Source: Minisyncoccia bacterium (GTDB lineage Bacteria > Patescibacteriota > Minisyncoccia > Phycocordibacterales > PALSA-1337). From it: 64,000 bases of DNA. Position 1 is the first letter of the stretch. Every line of letters starts with the position of its first letter. Of the stretch, positions 18,401 through 28,172 are shown piece by piece. The position numbers and the translations under genes were made by a program. The notes beneath the pieces were generated by a model, which saw only the letters and a program-made list of their open reading frames with translations, was not told the DNA's origin and did not search any database. The stretch lies in NCBI GenBank assembly GCA_049997795.1, contig JBEKVT010000001.1, positions 243,751 through 307,750 on the forward strand. Reading direction: 5' to 3'.

Positions 18401-18896
18401 CGTGCATCTCGAGGATTGGCCGGAGGCAGGTTTAATCGACAAAAATGTTTTGATTGGAATGAGTTTTGTCCGTTCATTCGCATCGATGGCCTTAATGCAA
18501 CGCATGGAAAATAAAATCCCAGTGCGTCAACCGCTGTTAAAAATAAAACATAAAGGTAAAATCCCTGATTTTTGGAATAAGGAATTGGAACAAATCTTGA
18601 TGGACGAGGTGAATGTCAAAGCGGTTGTCTTCGACGGTAAGATGAGCCAAGACGATCCTCCGGTTAAATTAGACACGACCATCACCCCGGAGCTCAAGGA
18701 AGAAGGTGGCCTGCGAGAGCTCCTGCGCAGGATCCAGGACTTGAGGAAAGAAAAAGGATTGTCGGTCAATGACCCGGCGATCTTGACGGCCACCGGTGAT
18801 TTGAAGGACCTCATTTCCAAGCACGAAAGAGAGATAAAGGCCGCCACTCACTTGACGGAGATAAGATTCGGCGATTCGTTCGAGCTCAAGACGTAA
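15423..18896 (+). CDS. ileS: isoleucyl-tRNA synthetase carrying an in-frame inserted histidine-phosphatase (PGAM-like) domain
   Basis: HIGH-like PPTANGRPGIHH, KMSKS (GKKMSKSVGN), editing domain, C-terminal extension. Residues about 505-715 (nt about 16935-17570) form a complete RHGE histidine phosphatase domain (YYVMRHGEAGNN ... IRARETAQ ... ILIVSHETPL) between CDRCG and CACGG. Confidence 0.9.
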   Translation: MADSPDSLKKSSHAEREERILKFWKDKDIFKKSLDKEAPKGEFVFYEGPPTANGRPGIHHLEARAFKDVIPRFRTMRGYHVRRKGGWDTHGLPVELQVEKDLGLKSKKEIESYGIEKFNDKCKESVWTYVREWEDFTNRMGYWVDLKDPYITYKPEYMESLWNIVKTVDKKGLLYKDYKVVPWCPRCGTALSSHELAQGYADVKDLAVTVKFKLKAGQKIGDFTTDDKTYILAWTTTPWTLPGNVGLAVGKNIIYNRIELNGEQLIASHDAIVRLDMFKTNPSYKVIEKGISGFKLVGLEYEPLYPFLKDSISGAEKEKLPNAYKVYLADFVTTEDGTGVVHTAVMYGQDDFELGVKVGLPKYHLVNEDGTFKKEAGFLAGKFVKDEATDVEIIKDLAHRGLLFHKEKHEHSYPFCWRCQTPLIYFARDSWYIGMSRLRDKLVKENESIHWEPEHIKEGRFGEWLREVKDWAFSRERYWGTPLPVWVCDRCGAKKVAGSVADVSRKPRNTYYVMRHGEAGNNAKAVLNYSERDLHPLTEKGRGQVRKSAEGLKGAGIDAIYCSPFIRARETAQLAAEAIGLKKEDVKIEERLREFNMGDLDGEPISRLTTEFPDEVRFDRWPEGGESYADIKKRMGSFLYEMEEKHQGKTILIVSHETPLFLLISAAEGLDRKQTLAMKPQHRFISNAEVRKLEFTLLPHDAEYELDLHRPYIDEVRLPCACGGEMRRVKEVMDVWFDSGAMPFAQDHYPFEGKRGGLLGRFGGQKLAYPADFISEAIDQTRGWFYTLHAVGVLMGRGKAFKNVICLGLILDAEGKKMSKSVGNVIDPAVMMDRYGADALRFWMYSINQPGESKNFEEKTVDEVVKKVFNLISNTTVFYKMYAKADVEPSSDSENVLDRWIVARLNQLVADTTKNLDDYILLEPARAIRDFAADLSQWYLRRSRGRFKGEGSDKQAALATTKYVLLTLAKVMAPFTPFFAEELYRDVGGEKESVHLEDWPEAGLIDKNVLIGMSFVRSFASMALMQRMENKIPVRQPLLKIKHKGKIPDFWNKELEQILMDEVNVKAVVFDGKMSQDDPPVKLDTTITPELKEEGGLRELLRRIQDLRKEKGLSVNDPAILTATGDLKDLISKHEREIKAATHLTEIRFGDSFELKT

Positions 18897-19477
18897 TGTA
18901 CGCGATCCACACCACTCCCGGCCTCGTCATCGATTCGCGCCCGTACGGCGAGGCCGGCAAGAGGCTCTCCATCTTCACCCGAGACTTCGGGCTCGTCTTG
19001 GCTACCGCCCAAGGCATCAGGCTCCAGAGGTCCAAATTGCGCTACCACGCCCAGGATTATTCTTTCGGCGAGTTCTCGCTCGTAAGAGGCAGGGAATCTT
19101 GGCGGCTGGTGAACGCGGGCGGGTCCTCGCTTGCGCTCCCGAGGCGCGCCGACCGGGAATTGATCGCCCGGGTCGCCTCCCTCCTCCGGCGGCTGCTTCC
19201 GGGCGAAGAGGCCAATCCCGAGCTGTTCGGGCGCCTGGAAGCGTGCGCCGCCTTCCTTGCCGGCGGCCCCCTGGCGGACGGGGAAAAGCTGAAGACCTTG
19301 GAGTCCATCACCGTTTTCGGCATCCTCCGCGCTCTCGGCTACATCGGCGAGGACAAGGCGCTGGCTCGATACGCCGGCCCGCTTGACCTTACGCCGGAGC
19401 TCGTCGACCTCGCTGTCCCGAAACGGGGAGCCATGAACCGCCATATCAACAAAGCCCTGAAAGAGAGCCACTTATGA
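18896..19477 (+). CDS. recO: DNA repair protein RecO
   Basis: N-terminal OB-fold (GLVIDSRPYGEAGKRLSIFTRDFGLVLATAQGIR); start overlaps the ileS stop (TAATG). Confidence 0.8.
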   Translation: MYAIHTTPGLVIDSRPYGEAGKRLSIFTRDFGLVLATAQGIRLQRSKLRYHAQDYSFGEFSLVRGRESWRLVNAGGSSLALPRRADRELIARVASLLRRLLPGEEANPELFGRLEACAAFLAGGPLADGEKLKTLESITVFGILRALGYIGEDKALARYAGPLDLTPELVDLAVPKRGAMNRHINKALKESHL

Positions 19478-19511
19478 TGAGCGAAAGCGCCGCGTAAGGT
19501 ATAATTGAGCG

Positions 19512-21452
19512 ATGCCGTCAGAGGAACGCAGCCGCATCGAAGATCTGAAGAGGTCCCTCTATTCAAGGACCGCCCCTGACGTGCGCACCCGGCGCAAACT
19601 GCGCTTCTCCGACCAGGTCTCCGGCATGAAGACGCACTGGGACGAGAAAGAAGAACCGGAGGAAGACGCCGTTCCCGCAAGCGATCGCGAGCGCCGCTCG
19701 ATGTCTTTTTTCACTAAATTGCTCATAGGCTCGCTCATCTTCTGCGTTTTGGCGGTCGGGGCCGGGGCTTACATCTTCTTTTACGGCGCCAATCTCATCT
19801 CGGCGAATAACATAGACGTCGCCATAAGCGGCCCAGTGTCCGTTCCGGGCGGATCTCCGGTCACCCTGACGATCACGGTCACTAACCGAAACAGCGTGCC
19901 CCTGAAAACGGCCGACCTGGCTGTGTCATTCCCGGCCGGTGCCACCGATCCGAACGATACCACGAAGCCGCTTACGACCTATAGGGAGCTCCTCGGCGAC
20001 CTTGCGCCCGGCGCCTCGGTCTCGGAGACCGTCCAGGCAGTCCTCTTCGGCGAGGAGAACCTGGAGAAAGAGATAACCGCCACCGTCACTTACAACATCA
20101 ATGGTTCGTCGTCCATCTTCACCAAAGAACAAAGCTACGGCGTTCTCATCAACTCTTCGCCGGTCATCCTCTCCGTCTCGTCGTTCGACGAAGTGACTTC
20201 CGGGGAGCCGTTCGATATGACCGTGGACGTCAAATCGAATTCTGAGAATATCCTGAAGAACATCATCCTCCAGGCCACATATCCGTTCGGCTATGTCTTC
20301 GGTTCTTCTTCCGTGAAGCCGACGTCCTCGGGCAATGCCGCCTGGACTCTCGGCGACATCCCCCCCGGCGCTGACCGCAAGATCGTGATCCACGGGACGC
20401 TCACTGGCGAGAATAGCGACCTTCGGGCCTTCCACTTCACGGTCGGAGCGGGAAGCCAGGACAGCCCGGACGCGATCAGCATGTCGTACATGGACGCGGA
20501 GAAGGACGTGACCATCAAGAAGCCGTTCATCTCGCTTTCCATCTCGGTTGACAACGATTCGTCCACGGCCGACCACGTCGGGCAGTTCGGCAAGCCGGCG
20601 ACCGTGGTCATCAACTGGACGAACAACGTCCCGGAGGCCCTGTCGAACGTGGAGATCGACGCGCACCTCTCCGGTTCGGCTTACGACAAAACGAGCGTCT
20701 CTTCGCCTGGCGGGTATTTCCGTTCAGCCACCGACGATATCATCTGGAATCAGCAGACCGAGCCGGATTTGGCTTCGGTCGCCGCCGGGGGAAGCGGCAG
20801 CGCCACCTTCGTGGTCACGCCTTCGGACAACGGCACCACAGAGAATCCGGCCGTCAATCCGGTAATCACGATCGCCGGCAGCGCGACCGCCGACCGGACG
20901 GCCGAATCGAACGTGCCGGAAAGCACGGCCCAAGTGGCGCGGACGATCAGGATCTCGTCCAGCATCTCGCTCTCCGGCCACGTCACCCGCTCTGGCGGAG
21001 CCTTCACGAATACCGGCCCTATCCCGCCCAAGGCCGAGCAGAAGACCACCTATACCATCGTCTGGACGGTCGACAACTCCTCGAATGCCGTGAGCAACGC
21101 CTCTGTGACGGCCACTTTGCCTCCGTATGTCTCTTGGCTTGGACAATCGAGCCCGCCAGCCGAGAACGTGACGTATGACGGGAACAGCGGGACCGTCACC
21201 TGGGACATCGGCAACATAAACGCCAATACCGCCGGCACCACGGGAAGGAGGGAAGTCCAATTCCAAGTCTCTCTCTTGCCTTCCGTGGATCAGATCGGCC
21301 AGGTGCCCATCCTGGTCAATCGGGCGCTCCTTTCGGCCACCGATAACTGGACCGGCGCCGCCCTCTCGAGCACTCAGGATTATCTCACCACCAGCTTCAG
21401 CACAGACTCATCCTTCCGTTACGGCAACGAGACCGTGATAAACGGCCAATGA
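19512..21452 (+). CDS. membrane-anchored protein with tandem beta-sandwich (CARDB/DUF11-like) repeat domains
   Basis: Charged N-terminus, single TM (FFTKLLIGSLIFCVLAVGAGAYIFF), then repeated Thr/Ser-rich Ig-like modules (PVTLTITVTNRNSVPLKTADLAVSFP ... ATFVVTPSDNG ...). Confidence 0.6.
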   Translation: MPSEERSRIEDLKRSLYSRTAPDVRTRRKLRFSDQVSGMKTHWDEKEEPEEDAVPASDRERRSMSFFTKLLIGSLIFCVLAVGAGAYIFFYGANLISANNIDVAISGPVSVPGGSPVTLTITVTNRNSVPLKTADLAVSFPAGATDPNDTTKPLTTYRELLGDLAPGASVSETVQAVLFGEENLEKEITATVTYNINGSSSIFTKEQSYGVLINSSPVILSVSSFDEVTSGEPFDMTVDVKSNSENILKNIILQATYPFGYVFGSSSVKPTSSGNAAWTLGDIPPGADRKIVIHGTLTGENSDLRAFHFTVGAGSQDSPDAISMSYMDAEKDVTIKKPFISLSISVDNDSSTADHVGQFGKPATVVINWTNNVPEALSNVEIDAHLSGSAYDKTSVSSPGGYFRSATDDIIWNQQTEPDLASVAAGGSGSATFVVTPSDNGTTENPAVNPVITIAGSATADRTAESNVPESTAQVARTIRISSSISLSGHVTRSGGAFTNTGPIPPKAEQKTTYTIVWTVDNSSNAVSNASVTATLPPYVSWLGQSSPPAENVTYDGNSGTVTWDIGNINANTAGTTGRREVQFQVSLLPSVDQIGQVPILVNRALLSATDNWTGAALSSTQDYLTTSFSTDSSFRYGNETVINGQ

Positions 21453-21476
21453 TTGTGTCGGAACGCTTTTTTTGCT

Positions 21477-22814
21477 ATGAATACACCCATGTCTAAGACT
21501 GAACAGAAGAGTGAAGACGTGATGGATGCTTTAGTGGCGCTCTGCAAGAGGCGTGGTTTCATCTTCCAAGGTTCGGAGATCTACGGCGGCCTGGCAGGGA
21601 CCTGGGATTACGGCCCGTACGGCCTCACCTTGAAGGAGAACATCAAGAAGCTCTGGTGGCAGCGCTTCGTCCTCGATCGCGAAGATATGTACGGCATGGA
21701 CGCCGCTATCCTCATGAATCAGAGGACCTGGGAAGCCAGCGGCCATGTCTCCGGATTTTCCGATCCGCTGGTCGAGTGCGCCGAATGCAAGCACCAATTC
21801 CGTGCGGATCAATTGGATGATCCTCACAAATGCCCTGATTGCGGTGGCAAGGTAGGCAAGGCCAGGCAGTTCAATATGATGTTCAAGACGCATGTCGGAG
21901 CCGGCGAAGACACCGCGTCGGTCTCCTACCTCCGTCCCGAGACCGCCCAGGGCATGTTCGTCAATTTCAAGAACATCATCGACAGCTTCCATCCGAAGCT
22001 GCCGTTCGGCCTGGCCCAGATCGGCAAGGCTTTCCGGAACGAGATCGCCCCGCGCGATTTCCTCTTCCGTATCCGCGAATTCGAGCAGATGGAAGTCGAA
22101 TACTTCATCCGGCCGGAGGAATGGGAGAAGCAGTTCGACCACTGGGAGAAGATCCGTATGGGCTGGTGCCTTGAGATAGGCCTGCCCAGGGAGAAGATCC
22201 ATATCCGCGAGCACAAGAAAGAAGAACTCTCCCACTATTCGAAGCGCACGACCGACATCGAGTTCGACTATCCGTTCGGCCGGAAAGAACTGTACGGCCT
22301 GGCCTACCGCACCGATTTCGACCTGAAACGGCATTCCGAGTGGAGCAAGGTCGATCTGTCGTATTACGACGAGGAGAAGAAGGAGCGCTTCATACCGCAT
22401 GTCATCGAGCCGTCGGTCGGCGTCGACAGGTCCGTTCTGGCCGTCCTTTCCTCGGCCTACACGGAAGACGAGATGGGCGGCGAGAAGCGGGTCTTCCTGA
22501 AGCTCGTGCCGGCCGTCGCTCCGGTTAAGGTTGCTGTCTTTCCACTCCTCAAAAACAAGCCGAAGCTCGTCAAGAAGGCCCGCGAGATTTACGCGACGCT
22601 CAAAAATGAATTCGGCGCCGTCGAGTTCGACGACAACGGCAATATCGGCAAGCGCTACCGCCGCCAGGACGAGATCGGCACGCCGTTCTGCGTCACGGTC
22701 GATTTCGAGACCATCGAGAAAGACGCCGGCGTCACCGTTCGAGACCGGGATACTGGAAAACAAGAGAGGATGGCGATCGCCAACCTTGCCAAACATTTGA
22801 AATCGAAGATATAG
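21477..22814 (+). CDS. glyQS: glycyl-tRNA synthetase (alpha2, archaeal/eukaryote-like class II form)
   Basis: CKRRGFIFQGSEIYGG, class II motifs (FRNEIAPRDFLFRIREFEQME) and C-terminal anticodon-binding domain. The track ORF begins at a TTG at 21453; the first ATGs are at 21477 and 21489. Confidence 0.85.
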   Translation: MNTPMSKTEQKSEDVMDALVALCKRRGFIFQGSEIYGGLAGTWDYGPYGLTLKENIKKLWWQRFVLDREDMYGMDAAILMNQRTWEASGHVSGFSDPLVECAECKHQFRADQLDDPHKCPDCGGKVGKARQFNMMFKTHVGAGEDTASVSYLRPETAQGMFVNFKNIIDSFHPKLPFGLAQIGKAFRNEIAPRDFLFRIREFEQMEVEYFIRPEEWEKQFDHWEKIRMGWCLEIGLPREKIHIREHKKEELSHYSKRTTDIEFDYPFGRKELYGLAYRTDFDLKRHSEWSKVDLSYYDEEKKERFIPHVIEPSVGVDRSVLAVLSSAYTEDEMGGEKRVFLKLVPAVAPVKVAVFPLLKNKPKLVKKAREIYATLKNEFGAVEFDDNGNIGKRYRRQDEIGTPFCVTVDFETIEKDAGVTVRDRDTGKQERMAIANLAKHLKSKI

Positions 22815-22831
22815 AGCGGCCGACTGATCTG

Positions 22832-22872
22832 ATTTTAAATAAAAAGCGCAGCTCCTCCGTAGGGGCTGCGCT
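22832..22872 (-). terminator. rho-independent terminator of the minus-strand Cys-rich membrane protein gene (also a hairpin after glyQS)
   Basis: The GCGCAGC...GCTGCGC stem abuts the stop at 22874 and is followed on the minus strand by TTTTTATTTAAAAT. Confidence 0.55.
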
Positions 22873-22873
22873 G

Positions 22874-23380
22874 CTAACGATCCCCCTCTTCAGGAGGCGG
22901 TTCTTCGTCAGAGACGATCGAAGAAGCTTCTGTGAATGGATCGCGAGGCGATTCGTGGCCGCTGCTTGTTTTTACCAGCTCCACGAGGGAGTCGGCGCTT
23001 TTACGCAGGCCATCCAGAGAATCGAACGTATCTTTGTTGTCTTCTTGGCATCGGAAGCAGGGATTCCGTCCCTTGTAGTCTGGACGGCATTTCGCGATCT
23101 CTTTGCCGTAGATCTTCAGTCTGTCGCAATATTCACAAACACCGGAGTCGCGAAAGAAATACCTGAAGATCCTTTTATAGGCGATTAGCCCCATGACTAG
23201 CATCAAGCACCAAGTTACCGGTCTTCTCCAATCAACTGCCAAGGCCAATGGTATCCAGAAGCCGAAGATTATCAGCGCATTGTACGCCAACTTGCGGGCC
23301 TTTCTGGGATGCTTGAAGCGGTTTCCTATGCGTACAGCCAATCTGGCCAACAGATCCCATCTGTTTGGTTCATTTTTCAT
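22874..23380 (-). CDS. hypothetical membrane protein with a CxxC...CxxC zinc-ribbon-like motif
   Basis: Two TM helices, then CEYCDRLKIYGKEIAKCRPDYKGRNPCFRCQ; acidic C-terminus. Confidence 0.5.
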   Translation of the reverse strand: MKNEPNRWDLLARLAVRIGNRFKHPRKARKLAYNALIIFGFWIPLALAVDWRRPVTWCLMLVMGLIAYKRIFRYFFRDSGVCEYCDRLKIYGKEIAKCRPDYKGRNPCFRCQEDNKDTFDSLDGLRKSADSLVELVKTSSGHESPRDPFTEASSIVSDEEPPPEEGDR

Positions 23381-23451
23381 TTTATTAAAGAGCTGAGGGT
23401 TTAAAATCGATTGGATTATATCATGCGCAGATTCTCTGCTATAATTTTCAC

Positions 23452-24057
23452 ATGCACATAAAGAAGCTCAAGCATTGTTGCATGGTGATAGACGTAAATA
23501 AACGGCGCATCGTGACCGACCCAGGATTCTACTCTATCGAAGAACACGACAAGATCCAACATGCGGACATCGTGCTTATCACCCACGAGCACGCGGACCA
23601 TTTCCATGTCGAGTCGTTGAAGGCCATGATCAAAAGGATACCGGGCCTGTCGGTGATCGCGAACGACGCCGTCGGTGAGATTCTGGCCAAGGACGGCATC
23701 GAGCATCGCGTCATGAAGCATGGCGAGGCCATCGATCTGAAAGACGTACACATCGAAGCATACGGCAAGCACCACGCGCTGTTCCATAAGTCGATTCCGC
23801 CGGTATCGAATATCGGGTTCTTTATCGAGAACAAATTATTCTACCCTGGAGACGCTTTTACTGACCCGAAGAAGCCCGTCGATGTCCTAGCCCTGCCGGT
23901 AGCCGGCCCGTGGATGAAGATCTCGGAGGCTATCGATTACGCTCTGAAGTTAAAGCCGCGCCTGGCCTTCCCGGTGCACGATGCCATGCGCATACCGTCC
24001 CAGCATCTCCTTGCCGCTTCCCCCGTCAACGCCAATCTGTTACATTTGAAGCCATGA
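23452..24057 (+). CDS. MBL-fold metallo-hydrolase
   Basis: THEHADHF motif (HxHxDH) and later His/Asp ligands; 201 aa; its stop overlaps the next start (ATGA). Confidence 0.75.
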   Translation: MHIKKLKHCCMVIDVNKRRIVTDPGFYSIEEHDKIQHADIVLITHEHADHFHVESLKAMIKRIPGLSVIANDAVGEILAKDGIEHRVMKHGEAIDLKDVHIEAYGKHHALFHKSIPPVSNIGFFIENKLFYPGDAFTDPKKPVDVLALPVAGPWMKISEAIDYALKLKPRLAFPVHDAMRIPSQHLLAASPVNANLLHLKP

Positions 24058-25322
24058 AATTCAACAAGACTGTCTTGCCGAACAGCCTGCGCATCGTCAC
24101 TGTTCCTATGCCCGACAATCCGGCCGTAGCGGTCCTCGTCATGGTGGAGGCCGGTTCAAAATATGAGACAAAGCGGACGAGCGGCATCTCGCATTTCTTG
24201 GAGCATATGACGTTTAAGGGCACGCCCAAGAGGCCGAAAGCCATAGAGATATCGCGGGAGCTCGACTCGATCGGCGCGCATTACAACGCTCTTACCTCGC
24301 ACGAATTCACCGGCTATTGGGCCAAGGCCGGGGCCAAGCACCTCGACAAAGTCCTCGACGTTGTGTCTGACATGTACCTCCACCCGCTTTTCGACGCCAA
24401 AGAGATCGAGAAGGAGAAGGGGGTGATCATCGAGGAGCTGCGGATGTACAAGGACTTGCCGCAAAGGCATGTCCACGACGTCCTTTCAGGACTCCTTTAC
24501 GGCGATCAGCCGGCCGGCCGGAACATAATCGGCACCGAAAAAACCATAAAATCGTTCGGCCGCGACGATTTCTTGGAGTATCGAGCCGCCCATTACGTCG
24601 GCTCCGCCACGACTGTCATAGTCGCCGGCTCTTTCGACGAGAAGAAAATCGTCGGGCAGATCGAGAAAGCCTTTGCCGGCATCCCTCGGACGGTGAAGAA
24701 AGAGAAGCCGGGAGTAAAAGAATCCCAAAAGAAGCCCGCCATCAAAACAGTCTTCAAGGAGACCGATCAGACGCATCTGGCCATCGCCGTCCGGACATTC
24801 TCGCTCTTCGACCCCCGCATCCCGGCCATGGATGTGCTCTCGACCATCCTCGGCGGCGGCATGAGCTCGCGCCTGTTCTCCAAGATGCGCGACGAGCTCG
24901 GCATCTGCTACTACATCGGGGCATCGCACGATCCCTATACCGACCACGGCGACCTGGCCATCTCTGCCGGCGTCGACAATTCCCGCGTCGAGGAGGCCGT
25001 CAAAGGCATCCTTAGCGAGTGCTCGCGCCTGAAGACGGAACTGGTCCCCGCCGCGGAACTGAAGAAGGCCAAAGATTCCATCGCCGGCCGCACCCTGCTC
25101 GACCTCGAGACATCAGACGCCCGGGCCGAATTCTTCGGCCTCGAAGAGACTCTGAAGCATAAACTGGAATCGCCGGAGGAGCAGATCGCCAAGATAAACG
25201 CCGTGACCGCGGCCGACGTGAGGAAGCTCGCCCGCGAGATCTTCGTGGACAAGGGCCTGAATCTAGCGCTCGTCGGCAGGACGAAGGGACAAGCCCTTTT
25301 GCCTATCCTGAAGTTCGCCTGA
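24054..25322 (+). CDS. M16-family (pitrilysin/insulinase-like) zinc peptidase
   Basis: Inverted zinc motif HFLEHMTFKGT (HxxEH) and downstream Glu; 422 aa from MKFNKTVLPNSLRIVT. Confidence 0.85.
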   Translation: MKFNKTVLPNSLRIVTVPMPDNPAVAVLVMVEAGSKYETKRTSGISHFLEHMTFKGTPKRPKAIEISRELDSIGAHYNALTSHEFTGYWAKAGAKHLDKVLDVVSDMYLHPLFDAKEIEKEKGVIIEELRMYKDLPQRHVHDVLSGLLYGDQPAGRNIIGTEKTIKSFGRDDFLEYRAAHYVGSATTVIVAGSFDEKKIVGQIEKAFAGIPRTVKKEKPGVKESQKKPAIKTVFKETDQTHLAIAVRTFSLFDPRIPAMDVLSTILGGGMSSRLFSKMRDELGICYYIGASHDPYTDHGDLAISAGVDNSRVEEAVKGILSECSRLKTELVPAAELKKAKDSIAGRTLLDLETSDARAEFFGLEETLKHKLESPEEQIAKINAVTAADVRKLAREIFVDKGLNLALVGRTKGQALLPILKFA

Positions 25323-25345
25323 GGAGCGTGTTATAATGTCTTTGC

Positions 25346-26431
25346 ATGCCCGAACCCTCTCACAATCCGTCTTCATACATCACGACAGGCGCCATCCTAC
25401 GGTTCTTCTTCATAGGCATCCTCCTTTTCGTCCTCTACTACATCTCCGACATCCTGCTCCTGGTGGTGGCCGCCATCATCTTCGCCTCCGCCATAGAGCC
25501 CGTGATCCGGCGGCTTGGGCGGTATCGGGTCCACCGTGTCATCGCCGTCATACTCATCTATCTCACGATCGCCGTCGCTCTGACGGTCCTCTTGATCTTC
25601 TTCATGCCGGCCGTAGTCAACGACATGATATCTTTCCTGGCCAACATGCCGCAGACGATCTCCCTCCAGTATCTGTGGGGCCCGGTCCAGTCCGCAGGCG
25701 TCCATATCGGCTCGACCACTCTGGCCCCCGGCACGATCTCCCTCTCCGACCTCATGGACGGCCTGCGGTCGTTCATCGTGGGGAGCCCAGCGGGCTTTTT
25801 CCAGACCGCCGGCTTCCTCTTCGGCGGCGTCCTCGGCTTCATCCTGATCGTCATCCTGTCGTTCTATCTGGCGGTGCAGGAAGAGGGGGTGTCCGATTTC
25901 CTGCGGATCGTCTCGCCGGTCAAGCACCATGACTACATCATCGACCTGTGGAAGCGGTCGCAGAGGAAGATCGGCTACTGGCTGCAGGGCCAGCTCCTCC
26001 TCGGAGTGGTGGTCGGCGTCCTGGTCTACCTGATCCTCATGATCGTCGGTATACCGCACGCCCTGGTCCTCGCGCTCCTCGCGGCCATCTTCGAGATCAT
26101 CCCGGTCTTCGGGCCGATCATCTCTTCCGTGCCGGCCATCCTGCTCGCCTTCGCCTATGGCGGCATCGGCACCGGTCTCCTCCTGGTCGGCCTTTACATC
26201 ATCATCTACCAGTTCGAGAGCCAGCTGTTCTACCCGCTGGTGGTCAAGAAGATCGTGGGAATCTCCCCGATCGTGGTCATCCTGGCTCTGGTGATCGGCG
26301 CCAAGCTCGCCGGCGTCCTCGGAGCCCTGATCGCCGTGCCCTTGTCGGCGGCCCTCATGGAATACGTCCATGACATCGAGAAGTATAAGAAGCAGGAAGT
26401 GGCGGAGCGGATGACGGTAGGGAAGCCATGA
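25346..26431 (+). CDS. AI-2E family transporter (UPF0118/PerM-like permease)
   Basis: About 8 TM helices; layout and conserved C-terminal segment (LVIGAKLAGVLGALIAVPL) typical of the AI-2E family. Confidence 0.7.
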   Translation: MPEPSHNPSSYITTGAILRFFFIGILLFVLYYISDILLLVVAAIIFASAIEPVIRRLGRYRVHRVIAVILIYLTIAVALTVLLIFFMPAVVNDMISFLANMPQTISLQYLWGPVQSAGVHIGSTTLAPGTISLSDLMDGLRSFIVGSPAGFFQTAGFLFGGVLGFILIVILSFYLAVQEEGVSDFLRIVSPVKHHDYIIDLWKRSQRKIGYWLQGQLLLGVVVGVLVYLILMIVGIPHALVLALLAAIFEIIPVFGPIISSVPAILLAFAYGGIGTGLLLVGLYIIIYQFESQLFYPLVVKKIVGISPIVVILALVIGAKLAGVLGALIAVPLSAALMEYVHDIEKYKKQEVAERMTVGKP

Positions 26432-27918
26432 AGAAAAAGCCTTTCTACATCACCACCACTCTGCCGTACGTGAACGCGGAGCCGCATATCGGCCATGCGA
26501 TGGAATTCATCCGCGCCGATATCATCGCCAGATCTAAGAAGCTCGCCGGTTTCGACGTGTTTTTCAATACCGGCGCCGATGAGCACGGCATAAAGATCTA
26601 TCAAAAAGCCAAGCAAGCCGGAATGGAGCCGCAAGCTCTTGTCGATCAGAACACGGCCAAGTTCAAAGAGATACTCCCGCTCCTCGGCATCATGTCGGAA
26701 GCAAATTTTGTCCGCACCACCGATCCGCACCACATAAGAGCGGCGCAAGAATTCTGGCGGATAGTGGACAAGAACGGTTTTATCTACAAAAAGGATTATT
26801 CGGTCAAGTACTGCGTCGGCTGCGAGCAAGAAAAGACCGAATCGGAGCTCGTGAACGGCCGTTGTTCCCTCCATCCATTGCAGGAGCTTGAGATCATCCA
26901 AGAGAAGAATTATTTCTTCAAGTTCAGTGCTTTTCAGACCAAGTTGCTAGAATTATACGCATCTCGTTCCGATTTCGTTGTGCCGGACTTCCGGTTCAAC
27001 GAGATAAAGGCCTTCGTCAGGCGCGGCCTGGAAGACTTCAGCATCTCACGATTGAAATCGAAGATGCCCTGGGGCATAGGAGTGCCCGGTGACCCGGAAC
27101 AGGTCATGTATGTCTGGTTCGATGCCCTGGTGAATTATATTTCCGCCGTCGGCTGGCCCGATGATGAGATTCAAGGCAAGAAAGAAGCCGGGTCATTCAA
27201 TAAATGGTGGGTTGAGACCGGCGGAGTGGTGCAATATTGCGGCAAGGATAATCTGCGCTATCAGAGCGCCATGTGGCAAGCCATGCTCCTGGCCGCCGGT
27301 TTGCCGCCGTCCAAGACCATCGTAATCAATGGCTGGATCACGGGCAAAGGCGGCGTCAAGATGTCGAAATCGCTCGGGAACGCCGTCGACCCGCTAGAGA
27401 TCGTCAAAGGATACGGCACCGACGCCCTGCGCTATTACGTCTCTCGCGAATTGAGCCCGTTCGAAGACAGCCCCTTTACCATGGAAAAATTCAAGGAGGC
27501 TTACAACGCCGGCCTGGCTAACGGTCTGGGGAATCTCGTATCCAGAGTGATGAAGATGGCGGCCGACAATTCCGTCTCCTATGAAGACTATGATGGCGTT
27601 GGGGAAGATACTAATATCGGAAAGAACTTCTATTCTTTCAGCCATGCTAGAAATTACGACAGCTTCAACATCAAGGAAGAAACTGATGATGTATGGAAAA
27701 CAATTGCCGCATTGGATGTGTTCATACAACGCGAACAACCGTTCAAGAAAATTAAATCAGATCCTGTGAGCGGCAAGAAGGACATAGCATATTTGCTTAG
27801 CCATCTTTTACGCATTGCAGTGAGACTTGAACCAATAATGCCTCAAACATCTTTGGCTATTCAAGACCTCGTCAAGAGGCGCCAGATGCCCACAGCTCCG
27901 CTTTTTGCTAGAAAATGA
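26428..27918 (+). CDS. metG: methionyl-tRNA synthetase
   Basis: HIGH (PHIGHAMEF), zinc knuckle CVGCEQE ... C, KMSKS (VKMSKSLGN). Low-GC patch in the C-terminal anticodon-binding region (about 27560-27900). Confidence 0.9.
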   Translation: MKKKPFYITTTLPYVNAEPHIGHAMEFIRADIIARSKKLAGFDVFFNTGADEHGIKIYQKAKQAGMEPQALVDQNTAKFKEILPLLGIMSEANFVRTTDPHHIRAAQEFWRIVDKNGFIYKKDYSVKYCVGCEQEKTESELVNGRCSLHPLQELEIIQEKNYFFKFSAFQTKLLELYASRSDFVVPDFRFNEIKAFVRRGLEDFSISRLKSKMPWGIGVPGDPEQVMYVWFDALVNYISAVGWPDDEIQGKKEAGSFNKWWVETGGVVQYCGKDNLRYQSAMWQAMLLAAGLPPSKTIVINGWITGKGGVKMSKSLGNAVDPLEIVKGYGTDALRYYVSRELSPFEDSPFTMEKFKEAYNAGLANGLGNLVSRVMKMAADNSVSYEDYDGVGEDTNIGKNFYSFSHARNYDSFNIKEETDDVWKTIAALDVFIQREQPFKKIKSDPVSGKKDIAYLLSHLLRIAVRLEPIMPQTSLAIQDLVKRRQMPTAPLFARK

Positions 27919-28172
27919 CAGTCTCCGAGTTTAGGAAGTTTCTTCACGGAGATTTGAACAAAAATTCACTGGAATTTGAGCCTTTTTTGAAGCGGATTTT
28001 AACCGCTTCGTGATACTTTAACGGGGCCTCTCCAAGCGCTCTTGCGCCGGGAGACGGCCCGTGTTAGTCTCGGTAGGCACTATCAATAATCGCAGTAAGT
28101 CCCCGGCCGCCACGGCGTGTCTGGCGAACGGGGTTCCCGAGGACATCCGAGGGATCACTGACTGCATCATCC